Positions 38,656-51,976 of a stretch of DNA of 64,000 nt are shown here, piece by piece (position 1 is the stretch's first letter; every line of letters begins with the position of its first letter). Made by a program: the position numbers and the translations under genes. The notes under the pieces were generated by a model. It had not been told where the DNA came from and searched no databases. It was given only the letters and a program-made list of their open reading frames with translations. Source of the stretch: Lama guanicoe (lineage: Eukaryota); the NCBI GenBank assembly GCA_013239625.1, contig MU053493.1, positions 381,793 through 445,792 on the forward strand, read 5' to 3'.

Positions 38656-39959
38656 TAAAACAATAAAAATGAATACAAAATGGAAACCAACTCATAGATA
38701 TAGAATAAAAACTTGTGCTTGCCATTGGGGACGGTGGATAGGAAGGGACTGGGATTTCTAAATGTAGAATATATAAGCAAGATTGTGCTGTGTAGCACTG
38801 GGAAATATACACAGGGTCTTGTGGTGGCTCACAGTGAAAGATAATGTTACAATGAATATATGTATGTTTATTTATAACTGGAAAATTGTGCTTTACACTG
38901 GAATTTGACACAACACTGAAAAATGATTATAACTCAATAAAAAATTAAAAAAAAAGAAATTGAAACTCAAAGTCACACACACACAAAATTTATCCTTAGG
39001 AAAAAATACCAATAATGAAGGAGCAGAAAGTGTTAATGGGGAACATTTTCAGCAGGGGTTCAAAAAATGGTCTCCAGTCCAAGGAGAAGCTCCCAAGGTC
39101 TTAATACTTGATACCCAAAAACTTATGAACAGGAATTTGGTACCCTCAGTCTAGTATCTGCTGGTCTAGCATGCTAACCCAGGTTCTTGCACCCAGGTGT
39201 TTGTTTTAGACTCTGATTCAGCTAATGCTTGGCTGGTACACTAACCCAGGTTCTAACAAACACAAAAAAACCAGCATTCTAACCTAGGTTTTCTTTGCCT
39301 GGGACTCTAATACAGCTTCTAGAAAATAATTTAAATCTTAAGAAACAAAATCTGTTGCCACCAGCTTCAAGGTATCTATGTCTGGAATATTTGTGTAGTA
39401 GTTGGACTCACTAGTGGATGCTTGATCAGTCAGAAATGAAGACAGAGTCTTCCTAAGTGCACAGTTATGGTTCTTGGTGAGTAATCTAGTGCTCCATTGA
39501 TGAATCTGATCCTATCCCATTTGTAGTACCATAATGTCAAAGAGAAGCCACAGGTTCAAGCAGTAAAACAGATTTTACTCAGGACTGTAGCACTAGAGGA
39601 AAGGAGGCCTCAGTATGGAATTGCCTCACTTCCACATATCGCATGGACAACTGGGAATTTATAGCAAAGGAGTCTGATGTGTGTCCGTGGATGGACTATT
39701 ATAAGAGGAAGCATCAAGTGTAGGGGCAATTCTTCCTGAATCAACCTAACAGGAATCTTGGATTCTTGCTGAATACAGGCCAGGCTAATCAATAATCACC
39801 TGTCAGCTGGTGGAGGATGCAAAACCTGATTGATAAAGAGAGTGATTAGACATGGAAGATGAGGGACTCTTGTTAAACAGACTTAACTATATTCTTGCTA
39901 CGTGGTTTGCAATGAAGTGCACAGGGAGACATAGGGGACACACAGCTCCTTTTGTTACA

Positions 39960-41002
39960 AGCTGGTTTTCAGCGTTTTGGAGTTCTTGGAGCATTTCAGT
40001 GTTCTTCCCCCTGCACAGCCACCTGCCATGCAGAAAGGAGTGTCCTTTGGGCACCAGCACACAAACAGGAGGGAAAGGACTGCTGGTATCAAAGCCCTAA
40101 CCAGTGTTTTCTGCAGTGCTGATGGGCAAATGAACTTAATTACCATAAGCAACACTTAGCCAAGTGTTTCTGTTGGGGTCATCTGACTGTTTCTGGGTTT
40201 TCTGGAATCTGCTCTCTTATCTGATTAGATTTAAAGATGATAATGATTATTTCCAATACTAAGCAGAGCACTGGTAAACAATGGTGTCAGCTGATTATGG
40301 AGATTATTTAGTTTCCTTGTGCCTGACTGTTTACACTGGATCATTCTTTCATGGAAACTGCAGTGTTTTTATTATTTTTCTTTCTCCCTTACTGGAATAG
40401 ACAGTAAACTTGATACAGCTTTGCCTTACCTGTATGCAAAATCACTGACAAAACAATCATTCTTGGAAATAAAGAATACCTTGTCCACTGTTATGTTATG
40501 TTATACACCATTGTTTCAGATCAGTGAACACACTTTGTAGCAAAAGATGTGTGGTGGTGTATCCAAGTGCATGTCATTCCCCACCATTCTGAAGTAGCTT
40601 GTTTGACAGAATAGTGGACGGGCTTTTAGAAGGCTCAGTTATGGAGCAGGTGGGAGGACATTTGTTGCAAGGCTTTAACAGGGCTTTCGAGTAGGCTGTA
40701 TATACCCTGAATCAGCAGCCATTAGGGTATTGTTTCCTTATATCCAGTCTTAATGGATCCAAGAATCAAGAGATGGAAAAGGAAAAGGCATTATTTTTGC
40801 TGCTATTACCCCAATATAATGATCTGTTGACTTAGAGCCCTTAGGTACACAGGAAGGACTGCTTCCCCTAGGAGACAAAGCAATGATTCCCCTGGATGGA
40901 AGTTAAGAGTGTCACCTGGTCACATTCAGCTTCTAGTGCCTGTGAATCAATGTTCAAGGGAGGGAGTTTGAGTGCTGGCTAAGGTGATTTATTCTGGCTA
41001 CC
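39960..41002 (+). mobile_element. ERVL internal pol (IN/dUTPase) fragment; continues at 57937
   Basis: Integrase-like motif at ~40570-40640; the sequence resumes after a CTACC duplication at 57937. Confidence 0.65.
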
Positions 41003-44000
41003 TTCATAGAAAACTCATAATTTCACAATAGTTAAAATGATAAAAGCTTGTTTATTCAGGAATTCAGGACTATTGTAACAGGGTAAAAGGGCCCTCAGTA
41101 TTGAACCAGGGTCAATTCTGCAGTCAGTCCACCCTTTTGTTCAAAGGATTGAAGAGAGATTCTTTGTCCCTTAGAAAAACATTAGTCCATTTCTTGCTAG
41201 GTTGTCTACTGTTCATTAAAGACTTGATAAGTTTTTGATGATATTCCGTACTAGAGGGTATGCTTTATGGTGTTAGCTACCAGGAATTTAAGGAAATGGG
41301 GTTTCTATGAAAAAAGAAAAAACAGAAAAACAAAGACAAATATAAAACCCATTTCTGTTTCCAGAGGGATGCCTGTTGAGATTTATTGACATTGCACTCA
41401 AAGCATCTTTAGAAGGTGGCTACAGACCACAGTGGGAATCCAAAGGGTTTCCTGGTTTGCAGCTGGAATGCCTATAGTGATGGCATTGGGTTTTCTGTTG
41501 AACTTGCTGCGTGTTAAACCCAGAAGAAGGCATGAAGTTTTCCCAGACATGATCATTTATGTTAATCTATTGAGGTTTATACCTAGTCGTGCAGCCTCAA
41601 CTTATAGAGATTCTGGAATAAGGAAGTTTTAGTCCTCTGCGATTCCAAGTCAGAAGGGAGAAAAATTTGAAACATTAATTTGGGCAGTCATGGGCAGATA
41701 CTGGAAGAAGGTAGAACTCAGGCTTTGGTGTAGAATGGCAAAATGTTCAAGATGGAATCCAAAAAGGTAGAGTGCTTTTTCCCGTTGAAACATAATTTTT
41801 CTCATGAAGATCACCAACATTCAATCAGAAACAAAGATGAATTTGTTTGCAAGATAATCTCATTTCATTGTACTCTGCCTGATTATTTATATAAGTGCAG
41901 CAAGTATAGTGATTGACCACAAGGCCTCTTGAGTTTGCTTTGCTGCAACTTTCCATAAGACTATTAGGCCTCTCTCCAGGATGGAAAGTGAAATCCAGGA
42001 CTCACCAGAGAACTGTATCTACACTTCCTGTAGCATCAGTTGAGTTCCTCTCTTCCAGGAATTCCAAACATATCTTGCGATTCGTGAGTCCGTCATGAAG
42101 TGACCTTCCTTAATGAACTGTAAGTTTGGAAATGTTTTAAGAGAGGTACAAGCTATTATTTCCAATGGGTTTTATAAGCATTTTCTCCTTAAAATCCAAT
42201 TTAGTTCCTTTAAACTTTCTGGTTCTACCTCTTTCTATACACATCTTTCCCTAATGTAACATTCCAGTCAAATCCTTGGGAATATAACTGATGCCTCTGA
42301 TAGTGTCCTTTCACAAGGAGAACAGATTCTTATTGAATTTATTCAAGTAATCATAATAATGTAAAAGTAAGAATACTCATTAAGAGTTTTCAAATTGTAG
42401 GACAGCTGTTAAGAAGTAAAAGTCATTGTTGTATCTTTGTTCCCAAAGTTTTACCAAATTGCTTTGTTTACTAAATTGCTGTAACTTATGCATAGATTAA
42501 GAAAAAAATTTCCTTAATTTTTAAGAACAAAAATTAAAAAACCAGCAGTGCTTCAAACAAATTCATCAGGGATTATAATGGCACTCATTAGTTCATTGAA
42601 GTACATGAAATTGATTTTTGTTCTCACTTTTCTTGGGTTAGCAGTTATATTTCATTAGCTTTCTCAGTACATTTGGGAATTTCTACTCATACTAAAATAA
42701 TGGTCTCAAAGTTATTTAAGTGATGCTATCAGTGATAATCCCTGACTCTAACCAATTGTAAACACTTTTTTTAAAAGAATCAAAGTCAAATAATAACTGT
42801 CTGTGAATTACAAATGACTTAAAATATTCATGATTAAAGTTTTGATGAGAGTTCACTTGATAAGAAAAACTAGTGATTTCTGTGGCATATAAAACTTTAT
42901 GGTAATAAATATACAATGAGCATACTGACAGATTTCTATGAACTTCTTAACTATTTGGGAAATACCTATATAATAACACATATCCAAACATGTATAAGCT
43001 AAGGAAGTTTATCATCACTTCTTAGTTGGAACAGAATTTAAAATACCAAGTAAATCTGATTAGTTTAGCATCTCTCTTTTTCAAGGTGGGAGGCAAATTG
43101 TTAGGGATTTTCCAGAGGCCTCTGAGATCAAATATTGCATTTGAAATTTGATTTTGGGAACTTGTTATATATGTAAATAGGACCTAGACACGTGAATAAT
43201 TAAGTGATATGCCACTAAAAAAAAAATTCTTACCTGCTCATTTAACCAAAGTGACAACTAAGAGATGTCAAAATCACATATAGAGTCACATAGTTGTAAA
43301 AGAACTAGCTCTTTTTTAATATTGAGAATAATTCATTTTCTTAAGTAATGAAATACCTGTTAAAACAACAGGAAGCATAGGAAATTATTTTAAGAAAAAT
43401 CTTGGGGTCATAGAAAGATTACTTGAATAGTAAGGAAAAATCTTTAAAAATTTCCTGTTGAGAAGTTATCAATAACCTCAGCAATTTTTTGTTGTTTTAG
43501 GAGAGAAAAAGAAACTGATTCTAGTGTTACATCAGCATAGTATTAATTTTATGAGTAATTTTAAAAATAATATAAATAAATCCATCAAATCTATGCCAGC
43601 TTGCCAACATGAGATTCCTTTTCCAAGATTCCTTTCCCACAAATCTTCCCCAATTAAAAAATATCCATTCAGTTTTTCATCTTATTAATTTTTCTCATTC
43701 TAACAAACCATACACTCTACTATTTTTAACAAAATTACACTCTTCTCCCCCTAAGAAGAACACACCCTTCATATTGTTCCTTAACAAAACACATCTTACT
43801 TTCTTTGCATGCAAGGATTTTTTTCTTTACTGTTATTAGTCATAGGGGGATTTACATATATTAATTAGAATTGTTAACCATTAGTCAACTTTCTTTTACA
43901 GAGAAAAGTAGAAAGTAAACAGTTTTTTAAACTATTTGCCACATACTATCATTCTGCACTGTTACAGAAACCTGAATCTCGTCGAGAGACCTAGCAACAC

Positions 44001-44399
44001 TCGGAGGGTGGGAGAACTCAGGTTTATTATGCCAGTGGGCCCAGGGGAGTTAACACTCCAAGTTCTGGACACTGTCTGTAAGTTTACAAAGGCTTTTGTA
44101 AGGTTTTAGGTTTAGATTAAGTTTGCACCTTATGCAAATGAAGTGTTAGAAATGGACCAATAAGGAGTTAGCTAATGGGAACCAATGGAATATTAGGGGT
44201 AAATGCAAGTGTGGTGTTAGAAATAGACCAACCATGACTGAGCTTTTGGGAACCAATGGAATTTTAGGTGTAAATTTAATTTTCCTAGAAGCAAGCCGTT
44301 TTACAGAAGCACAAAAGTGGGAAGGCAAAGGCCCTGCCTGGGAGGTCTTGCTGGTCTCTTTGTGGGGTTTGCCCTTTCATTCCCCCTTTTCGATACTCT

Positions 44400-45399
44400 C
44401 TTTACTCCTGGAGTGAGCATCAATTTTCCTCGGGCTGCAGATACTCACTCAGTGTCTATACAGCAGGAACTTAACACCAGTTATAAAATATAGGAACACC
44501 CTCTGTCTATTAGGTCACCCATGGTCAGATTGAAGTCAGCCCCAGTTTGCTGACCTATCCCCACATATTATCGATCTCCCCTTTGGTGCTGTTTATGGGA
44601 AGGATAGTTTCATTGTACCACCTTGTCGCATTTCAGGCTCTGCCTCCCCAGGTAAAATTTATTTCTGTGTTATTCATATAGTATACAGCATATTCATTAT
44701 CATCCACCCATGGTTCCCAATCTAGTCTTGTCTGGATGAATGACAAGGTTTAATTACAGTAGGCCTCTTTAACATATCCTATCTCATTGCCTTCATCACT
44801 ATATGTTTTAAAAGCATATTGAGAGGTTTCCATTAGTTTGATTACATACCCAAGGTATAATCCCATACAGAGGCTGGCCAGTCTGGTTTCTCTCTCATAC
44901 CAGTGGGGTCTTGGGCCTCCTCCTGCCTCTGCCCTCTCGGTTTTATTGCAGAGAATAGCAGAACCCACTTAGAGACGGTGTTAATGTTATTTGGTCCTCC
45001 AGAGAGGCCTAATAGGCCAGGAGGGGAAATGTAGGCATATCATATTTTGTGTCCTCTCTTAGGCAAGCCCAGCATTCCCTCTGCTTGGTAATCCTGCCTT
45101 TTGGGTTACCACCAGGCTCCATGAATGTGTGACCTTTCATCATGCAAGGAGAGGGGTTATCCATAGAAGCAGAATGAGGGTTACAATTCTGGCCATTCAT
45201 CAATTTGTCCAAGAAGAGGGCCAAGTCAAAGGCATAGGATAGTTGTGAGGCATCCTACCACAAGGAGGTATGAAACTGCCAGTAGGAGTCTCCTGAATTA
45301 TGGTCATTTGGCAGGAGCTACTACAGTCAGTCCTATAGCGAAGGTTAGAGCAAGGATTATTATGGGGGAGAGAAGCAAGGTGTGGCAGTGCCCAGTCAT
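44400..45399 (-). pseudogene. env: Pre-env ORF and truncated env
   Basis: Signal-peptide-like MARIVTLILLLWITPLLA (from ~45198), RECWACL; paralog of 1570-2580. Confidence 0.6.
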
Positions 45400-45519
45400 C
45401 ACATTTGGGATCCCTATTAAAAGGGGCATTTTGATTAATCTATCTCAACTCGACCTTAGTGACTTCCTCAAACTTCCTCCGTGCATTGACTAACCAGATT
45501 CCGGGTGTGGCTAGAGCAG

Positions 45520-48500
45520 AGCTTGGTGTTCTCCAGCAGGTGTGGCAGGCATTTCTGTATCCTGAATTTTAGTGTCCCTCTGGGAAACTGGTTGACTTTC
45601 CAGATGTCCTCATCTCGAAGCAGGTCAGCCCTCTTCACCCTGTTATGGTGAACCCATGGAATGCTTCCTGAAAATTTGAGACCTGTTGGGGTGGTTAATA
45701 TAACTGAGTAGGGACCCCTCCAAGTGGATTTGAGGGGCTCCTTTTTTCAATCTTCTACCCAGACTTGGTCCCCAGATTTGTAGGGGTGTAGTGTCATTCC
45801 CAGTGGCACTGGGATGCTGTCAGTTACCCACCTATGGAACTCTCATACAGTCTTCCGAGGCCCTGCCTTTGCTTATGCAGTTCTAAGCTTCCTACCTCCT
45901 TGATGTTTTCTCATAGTCTAAACAGGGGAGGGGGTCTCCCATACAATATTTCAAAAGAGGAGAACCTTATCTTGGTCCAAGGGGCACAGCCTACCTGCAA
46001 GAGAGCCAGGGGCAAAATGTCAGCCAAATATATTTGAGTTCCCTCACTGAGTTTGGGCACAACTGGCTTTAGGGTTTGGTTCATATTCTCTACTGTCCCT
46101 GAACTCTGGGGCTTGTAGGCCACATGTAGATTCCAGCAGATGTTTAGCATTTTTGCCACTTGTTACACTATCTCCACCACAAATGCAGGTCCATTTTTTG
46201 ACCCTACGATCAATGACATCCTGAATCTGGGAATAATGTCTCTGGGTAAGGACTTTTACTTCTCTCACCTTTTCAGTCTCTGTCAGATATGCTTTTACCT
46301 ATCCTGAAAATGTGCAAACAAAAACCTGCAAGTACTTGTATCCTCTGCCGAGCACTATTCCAGTGAAATCCACTTCCATATCTTCAAAAGGGGCCTGGCC
46401 ACAGCACTGGATTTCCAAGGGCCGAGTTGGCCCCTTTTTTTGCATTGTTCTGGGTACATATGGTGCAGCATTTGAAACTAAGTCACAGAGGGATGGAAGT
46501 CGAGCAATCAGTGTCGCTCCAGCAGGACATCTAAGGCAGTCTTTCCCAGGTAGGTGAGCTCATCTTGCTGTGGGATAACCTTTTGGGCTAATTTGTTCAG
46601 GTATGTATATTCATTTGTCAGGCAACACCCACTAGCCTTCCTCTCCTTTTCTTCCTCCTTCAGTCCTGGTCCATAGGTTTTCCTCTCAGCTGTATCTTGA
46701 AGGTGTTGGCAGCTTGGGTGCTAGCAGAACCTTTGTGATGTTCCCATGATGTCTGGAGTGACCAGATTGACTTGCTGCTTCTCACACAGCCTTATCTGCC
46801 AGTCAGTTTCTTCTGCTTATGGGATCATTTCCCTTTTGGTGTCCTTTACAGTGGATGACTGACACCACTGTGGGCTCCCAAACTACCTCTAACAATTTTA
46901 ATATCTCATCTTTATTTTTGACCTCTTTTCTTCCTGATGTTAACAAACCCCTTTCTTTATATATGGAACAATGTATATGCAGGGTAGTAAAGGTACACTT
47001 AGAGGCCATGTAAATGTTGACCCACTTTACTTTTCCCTCTCACATGCCTGGATGAGTGCCCATATTTCTGCCTTCTGTGCTGACTAGCCCTGTGTTAGGT
47101 GTTTGGCCTTTATTATATCGTATGCTGAGGTCACCGTGTATCCAACCTTACATTGTCCATCCTGCATGTAGATACTCTCATTTGTAAAAATTCAAGTTTC
47201 AGAGTTCTGGAGCAGAATATCAGACAGATCAGGCCTGCTTGAGTAGACTTCTTCTATTCCTTCTTCACAGTCGTGATCAGGTGGGCTCTCTCTCTAAAGC
47301 AGGAAGGTGACTGGGTTCAAGGTTCTCACTGTCTCAAGAAGGATCCTGGGATTTTCACAAGGGAGCCCTTGGTAATGTGTCATCCTAGTGTTAGTCAGCC
47401 ATTGATGCCTCTGGCTGTTCAGCAGGGTGTTGACTGTGTGCGTAAATTTTACATTGATAACCTGCCTGAGAGTGAGCATGTCTGCCTACTTGACCAGGGT
47501 TACTGTCAGAGCCCATGCTCGTAGGCATATTGGCCATACTGATGCCACTGACACCAGGTGTTTTGACAAATAGGCCATGCCCCACAGCCAGGGCCCCACT
47601 GCTTGGATGAGAAAACCTAGGGCTGTGTTATTGTTTTCATGGATGAACAAGTTGAATTCTCTTGTCACGCCTGGTAGTTCCAGTGCTGGGGCACTTGTCA
47701 TCAGTCCTTTGATCTCATTGAATGTTCCTTTCTGGTTGGGTCCCCAGTCCAATGGTTCCTTTCCAGATCCCATAGTGGCTATGGACAGGGGTTTGGCTAT
47801 ATTTGAAAAACCAAAGATCCAGATTCAGCAGAACCCTGCTGCCCCCAAGGAATTCTCGGAACTCTTTCTTGGTGCCTGGCTGAGGTATAGCATACTGGCT
47901 TTTTCCACTCCAGGCCCAAAGCCTTCTGTCCTTCCAAGACAATGAACCCAAGATACCTGACTCTCTCTTTACATATCTATGCCTTCTTCCAAGAGACTTT
48001 ATAGCCAGCATCCGGTAGCAAGTCTAACAGGGCCCGGATTCCCTTGCAGCAGTCCTCTTGATTGGGGCTGCCCAATAATAGTTCATCCACATACCGAAGC
48101 AGGGTGCAGTTTAGGTCTCCTGGGAAAGCAAACAAGTCCATGGCCACTGCTTCCCCATATAGGGTGGGTGAGTTTTTAAAACGCTGTGGTAAGTGAGTCC
48201 ATGTCAACTGAGTTCTTCTTCCCATGTGGGGGTCCTCCCACACGAAGGCAAATACTGGTTGGCTGGTGAAAGCTTGATGAAGAAGAAAGCATTTTGGGGA
48301 CCTAGGCAAGTGAACTACTTGACTCAGGCTGGTATGAGTCTCAGATATGGGTTCAGGATCACGAGATGTATCATGCTTATAGCACAGTTGACTACTGGCA
48401 AATCCTGTAATGATCTATAGTGTTTTTCTTCTGTATTCTTTTTTACCATTTTTTATTGAGTTATAGTCATTTTACAATGTTGTGTCAAATTCCAGTGTAG

Positions 48501-51500
48501 AGAAAAATTTTTCAGTTATACATGAACATACATATATTTATTGTCACATTTTTTTCTCTGCTATGAGCTACCATAAGATCTTGTATATATTTCTCTGTGC
48601 TGTACAGTATAATTTTGGCTATCTTGAAATCCCAGTCTGTCCTTTCCCACTCCCCACCCCCTCGGCAACCACAAGATTGTATTCTATGTCTATGAATCTG
48701 TTTCTGTTTTTTATTCATGTTTTGTTTTTTGATTCCACATATGACTGGTCTAATATGGTATTTTCTTCCTCTTTCTGGCTTATTTCACTTAGAAAGAGAT
48801 TCTCCAGGAACACCTATGTTGCTGTAAATGGTGTTATGTTCTCATATTTCATGGCTGAATAGTATTCCATTGTATAAATATACCACTTCTACTTTATCCA
48901 GTCATCTGTTCATGGGCATTTAGGCTGTTACCATGTCTTGGCTATTGTAAATAGTGCTGCTATGAACATTGGGCTGCAGGTGTCATCCTGAAGTAGGGTT
49001 CTTTCTGGGTATATGCCTAGGAGTGGGATTCCTGAGTCATATGGTGAGTCTATTCCTAGTTTATTGAGGAATCTCCGTACTGTTTTCCATAGTGGCTGCA
49101 CTAAACTGCATTCCCACCAGCAGTGTAGGAGTGTTCCCCTTTCTACACAGCCTCTCCAGCATTTGTCATTTGTGGATTTTTGAATGATGGCCATTCTGAC
49201 CAGTGTGAGGTGATACCTCATTGTAGTTTTGATTAGATTTGCTTTGATAATTAGTGATATTGAGCATTTTTTTCATGTGCCTATTTTCATTTGTATGTCT
49301 TCCTTGGAGAATTGCTTGTTTAGGTCTTTTGCCCATTTTTGGATTGGGCTGTTTGGTTGTTTCTTATTAAGTCATATGAGCTGTTTATATATTCTGGAGA
49401 TCAAGCCTTCATTGGTTTCATTTGCAAATATTTTCTCCAATTCCGTACATTGTCTTTTTGTTTTAGTTATGATTTCCTTTGCTGTGCAGAAGCTTGTAAG
49501 TTTCATTAGGTCCCATTTGTTGATTCTTGCTTTTATTTCTATTGTGTGGTTAGACTGTCTTAGGAGAACATTTTTGGGATGTATGTGAGATAATGTTTTG
49601 CCTATATTTTCTTCTAGGAGGTTTATGGTATCTTTTCTTATGTTTAATAAGTCTTTGATCCATTTTGAGTTGATTTTTGTGTATGGTGTAAGGGAGTGTT
49701 CTAGCTTCACTGCTTTACATGCTGCTGTCGAGTTTTCCCAACACCATTTGCTGAAGAGACTGTCTTTATTCCGTTGTATATTCTTGCCTCATTTGTCGAA
49801 GATGAGTTGACCAAAAGTTTGTGGGTTCATTTCTAGGATCTCTTTTCTGTTCTATTGGTACATATGTCTGTTTTTGTAACAATACCATGCTGTCTTGATG
49901 ACTGTAGCTCCATAGTATTTTCTGAAATCTGGGAGATTTATTCCTGCAGTCTCTTTCTTTTTCTTCAGTAATGCTTTGGCAATTCTAGGTCTTTGTTGTT
50001 CCATACAAATTTTATTATGATTTGTTCTAGTTCTGTGAAATATGTCCTGTGTAATTTGACAGGGATTGCACTAAATCTGTAGATTGCCTTGGGCAGTGTG
50101 ACCATTTTAAGAACATTTATCCTTCCGATCCAGGAGCATGAGATATCTTTCCATTTTTTAAAGTCTTCTTTAATTTCCTTCATCAATGATTTATAGTTTT
50201 CTGTGTATAATTCTTTCACCTCCTTGGTTAATTTTTTCCTAGCTATTTTATTACTTTGGGTGTTATTTTAAAGGGAATTGTTTCTTTACTTTTTTTTTTC
50301 TGTTGATTCATTGTTAGTGCAAAGAAATGCAACTGATTTTTGTATGTTTATCTTGTAACCTGCTACCTTACTGAATTCTTCTATTTCTTCTATCAGGTCT
50401 TGTAGCTTTTGAGTGGACCTTTTAGGGTTTTCTATATATAGTAAAATGTTATCAGCATATAGTGGCACTTTTACCTCTTCTTCTCCAATTTGGATCCATT
50501 TTATTTCTCTCTCTTGCCTGATTGCTGTGGCTAGGACCTCCAAGACTATGTCGAATAGGTGTGATGATAGTGGGCATCCTTGTCCCAGATTTTAGTGGGA
50601 AGCTTTTGAGTTTTTCACCATTGAGTACTATACTGGTTGTATGTTTGTCATATATAGCTTTTATTATGTTGGCATATGTTCCCTCTATATCCACTTTGGT
50701 GTTAGTTTTTATCATAAATAGATATTGAATTTTATCAAAAGCTTTTCTGCATCTATTGAGATGATCATGTGGTTTTTGTCCTTTCTCTTATTGACATGAT
50801 GTATTACATTGACTGATTTGTATATGTTGAACCACCTTTGTGTTCCCGGGATGAACCCAAAGTGATCATGTTGTATAATCTTTTTTATGTGCTGTTAGAT
50901 TCTATTTGCTAATATTTTGGTGAGGATTTTTTGCATATATGTTCATCAGTACTATTGGCATATAATTCTCTTTTTTCATAGTTTCCTTGCCTGGTTTTGG
51001 TATCAGGGTGATGGTGGCTTCATAGAATGAGTTTGGGAGTCTTCCCTCCTGTTCAATCTTCTGGAAGAGTTTAAGAAAGACTGGTATGAGTTCTTCTTTT
51101 TATGTTTGGTAGAATTTCCTGGTGAAGCCGTCTGGTCCTGGACTTTTATTTGTAGGGAGTTTTTTTTTTATTTTTTTAAGCTAATTTGATTTTATTTTAG
51201 TGATCTGTTTGTTCAAATGGTCAGTTTCTTCTTTGTTCAGTCTTGGTGGGTTGTATGTTTCCAGAAAGTTTTCCATCTCCCTAGATTATCCTCCTTCTGC
51301 CTTTTTGATGGGCAGGGGAGGCATATTCCACGGAGATTGGCACTCTGTGAGAATTCCCTCATCACACAAGATCTGGATATGCTTCTGAATTCCCAAGCAG
51401 GATTCTGTGGGCATGGGGTACTGTCACAGCCTGGCCGAGGTTGCACCCACACGTTGGTCTATTACCAGTGGTGCATGATTTTGGGCCAATCCTGGGAGTC

Positions 51501-51976
51501 CCCCTTCTGCCCAGATGGAGGGAAATTCCTTCAGGAGAGAGTCAGGGTTTGTCTGAGTGCTTTCCATTTGGTATAGGTGCCATTCTTCTTCTCGGCTCAT
51601 GGTCACCATCATGAGCGAGTTTCCTTCATTCCCAGAGTCAGATATGTTTGTTTTTTCTGAAGAGAACATTATCTAAGCCCCCAGGTTCATAGAAACTCTC
51701 TTCCCAAGAGGGGGATGGGATAGTTTGGTAGGTATATAAATCCACAAGTGACTGAATGTCCTCCCACCTGGCATGATTGAGGTAGGTGAAATGGGTGAGC
51801 AGCTTAATCCCAGGTGGCCCCCACAATAGTTGCCTTTTTCTTAGTCAAGGGGACCACATGATCAATCACCACCAAATGTTGCACCCCAGGGTCCACCATA
51901 ATTTTCATCAATTGGCCCTCCACCAAAATCTCAATCTGGGCTCCTTGGGGCCCAGGAGCAAGGAGCACATTCCCCC
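45520..51976 (-). pseudogene. pol: ERV pro-pol, decayed and interrupted by L1
   Basis: Protease MVDPG (~51890), RT LPQRFKNSPT and YVDELLL (~48085), RNase H VIHCKGHQKG, integrase HVAYKPQSSGTVENMN and ILYGRPPP. Confidence 0.92.
48437..51291 (-). mobile_element. 5'-truncated L1 (ORF2 RT/C-terminus plus 3'UTR) inserted in the ERV RT
   Basis: L1 ORF2 peptides in the ORF track (49372, 49965, 50286); splits pol between PIKKAEGG and YRSLQDL. Confidence 0.92.

Larger units (their letters stand above)
31551..38955 (+). mobile_element. Full-length decayed LINE-1 (unit B)
   Basis: 5' GGGAGGAGGCCAAGATCG; ORF1, ORF2, 3'UTR, AATAAA and A tail at ~38936-38955. Confidence 0.95.
24465..47940 (-). repeat. Right arm of inverted segmental duplication of ~625-14046
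   Basis: Colinear reverse-complement homology, e.g. 13861-14046 vs 24465-24645, 9600-9660 vs 28050-28092 plus 38990-39060, 8468 vs 39977 ORF peptides, 4040 vs 42716 ORF peptides. Confidence 0.92.

Noticed and set aside
38956..38989. Short sequence after the L1 poly-A as a 3' transduction
   Set aside because: It is too short and low in complexity to distinguish from tail decay without a search.
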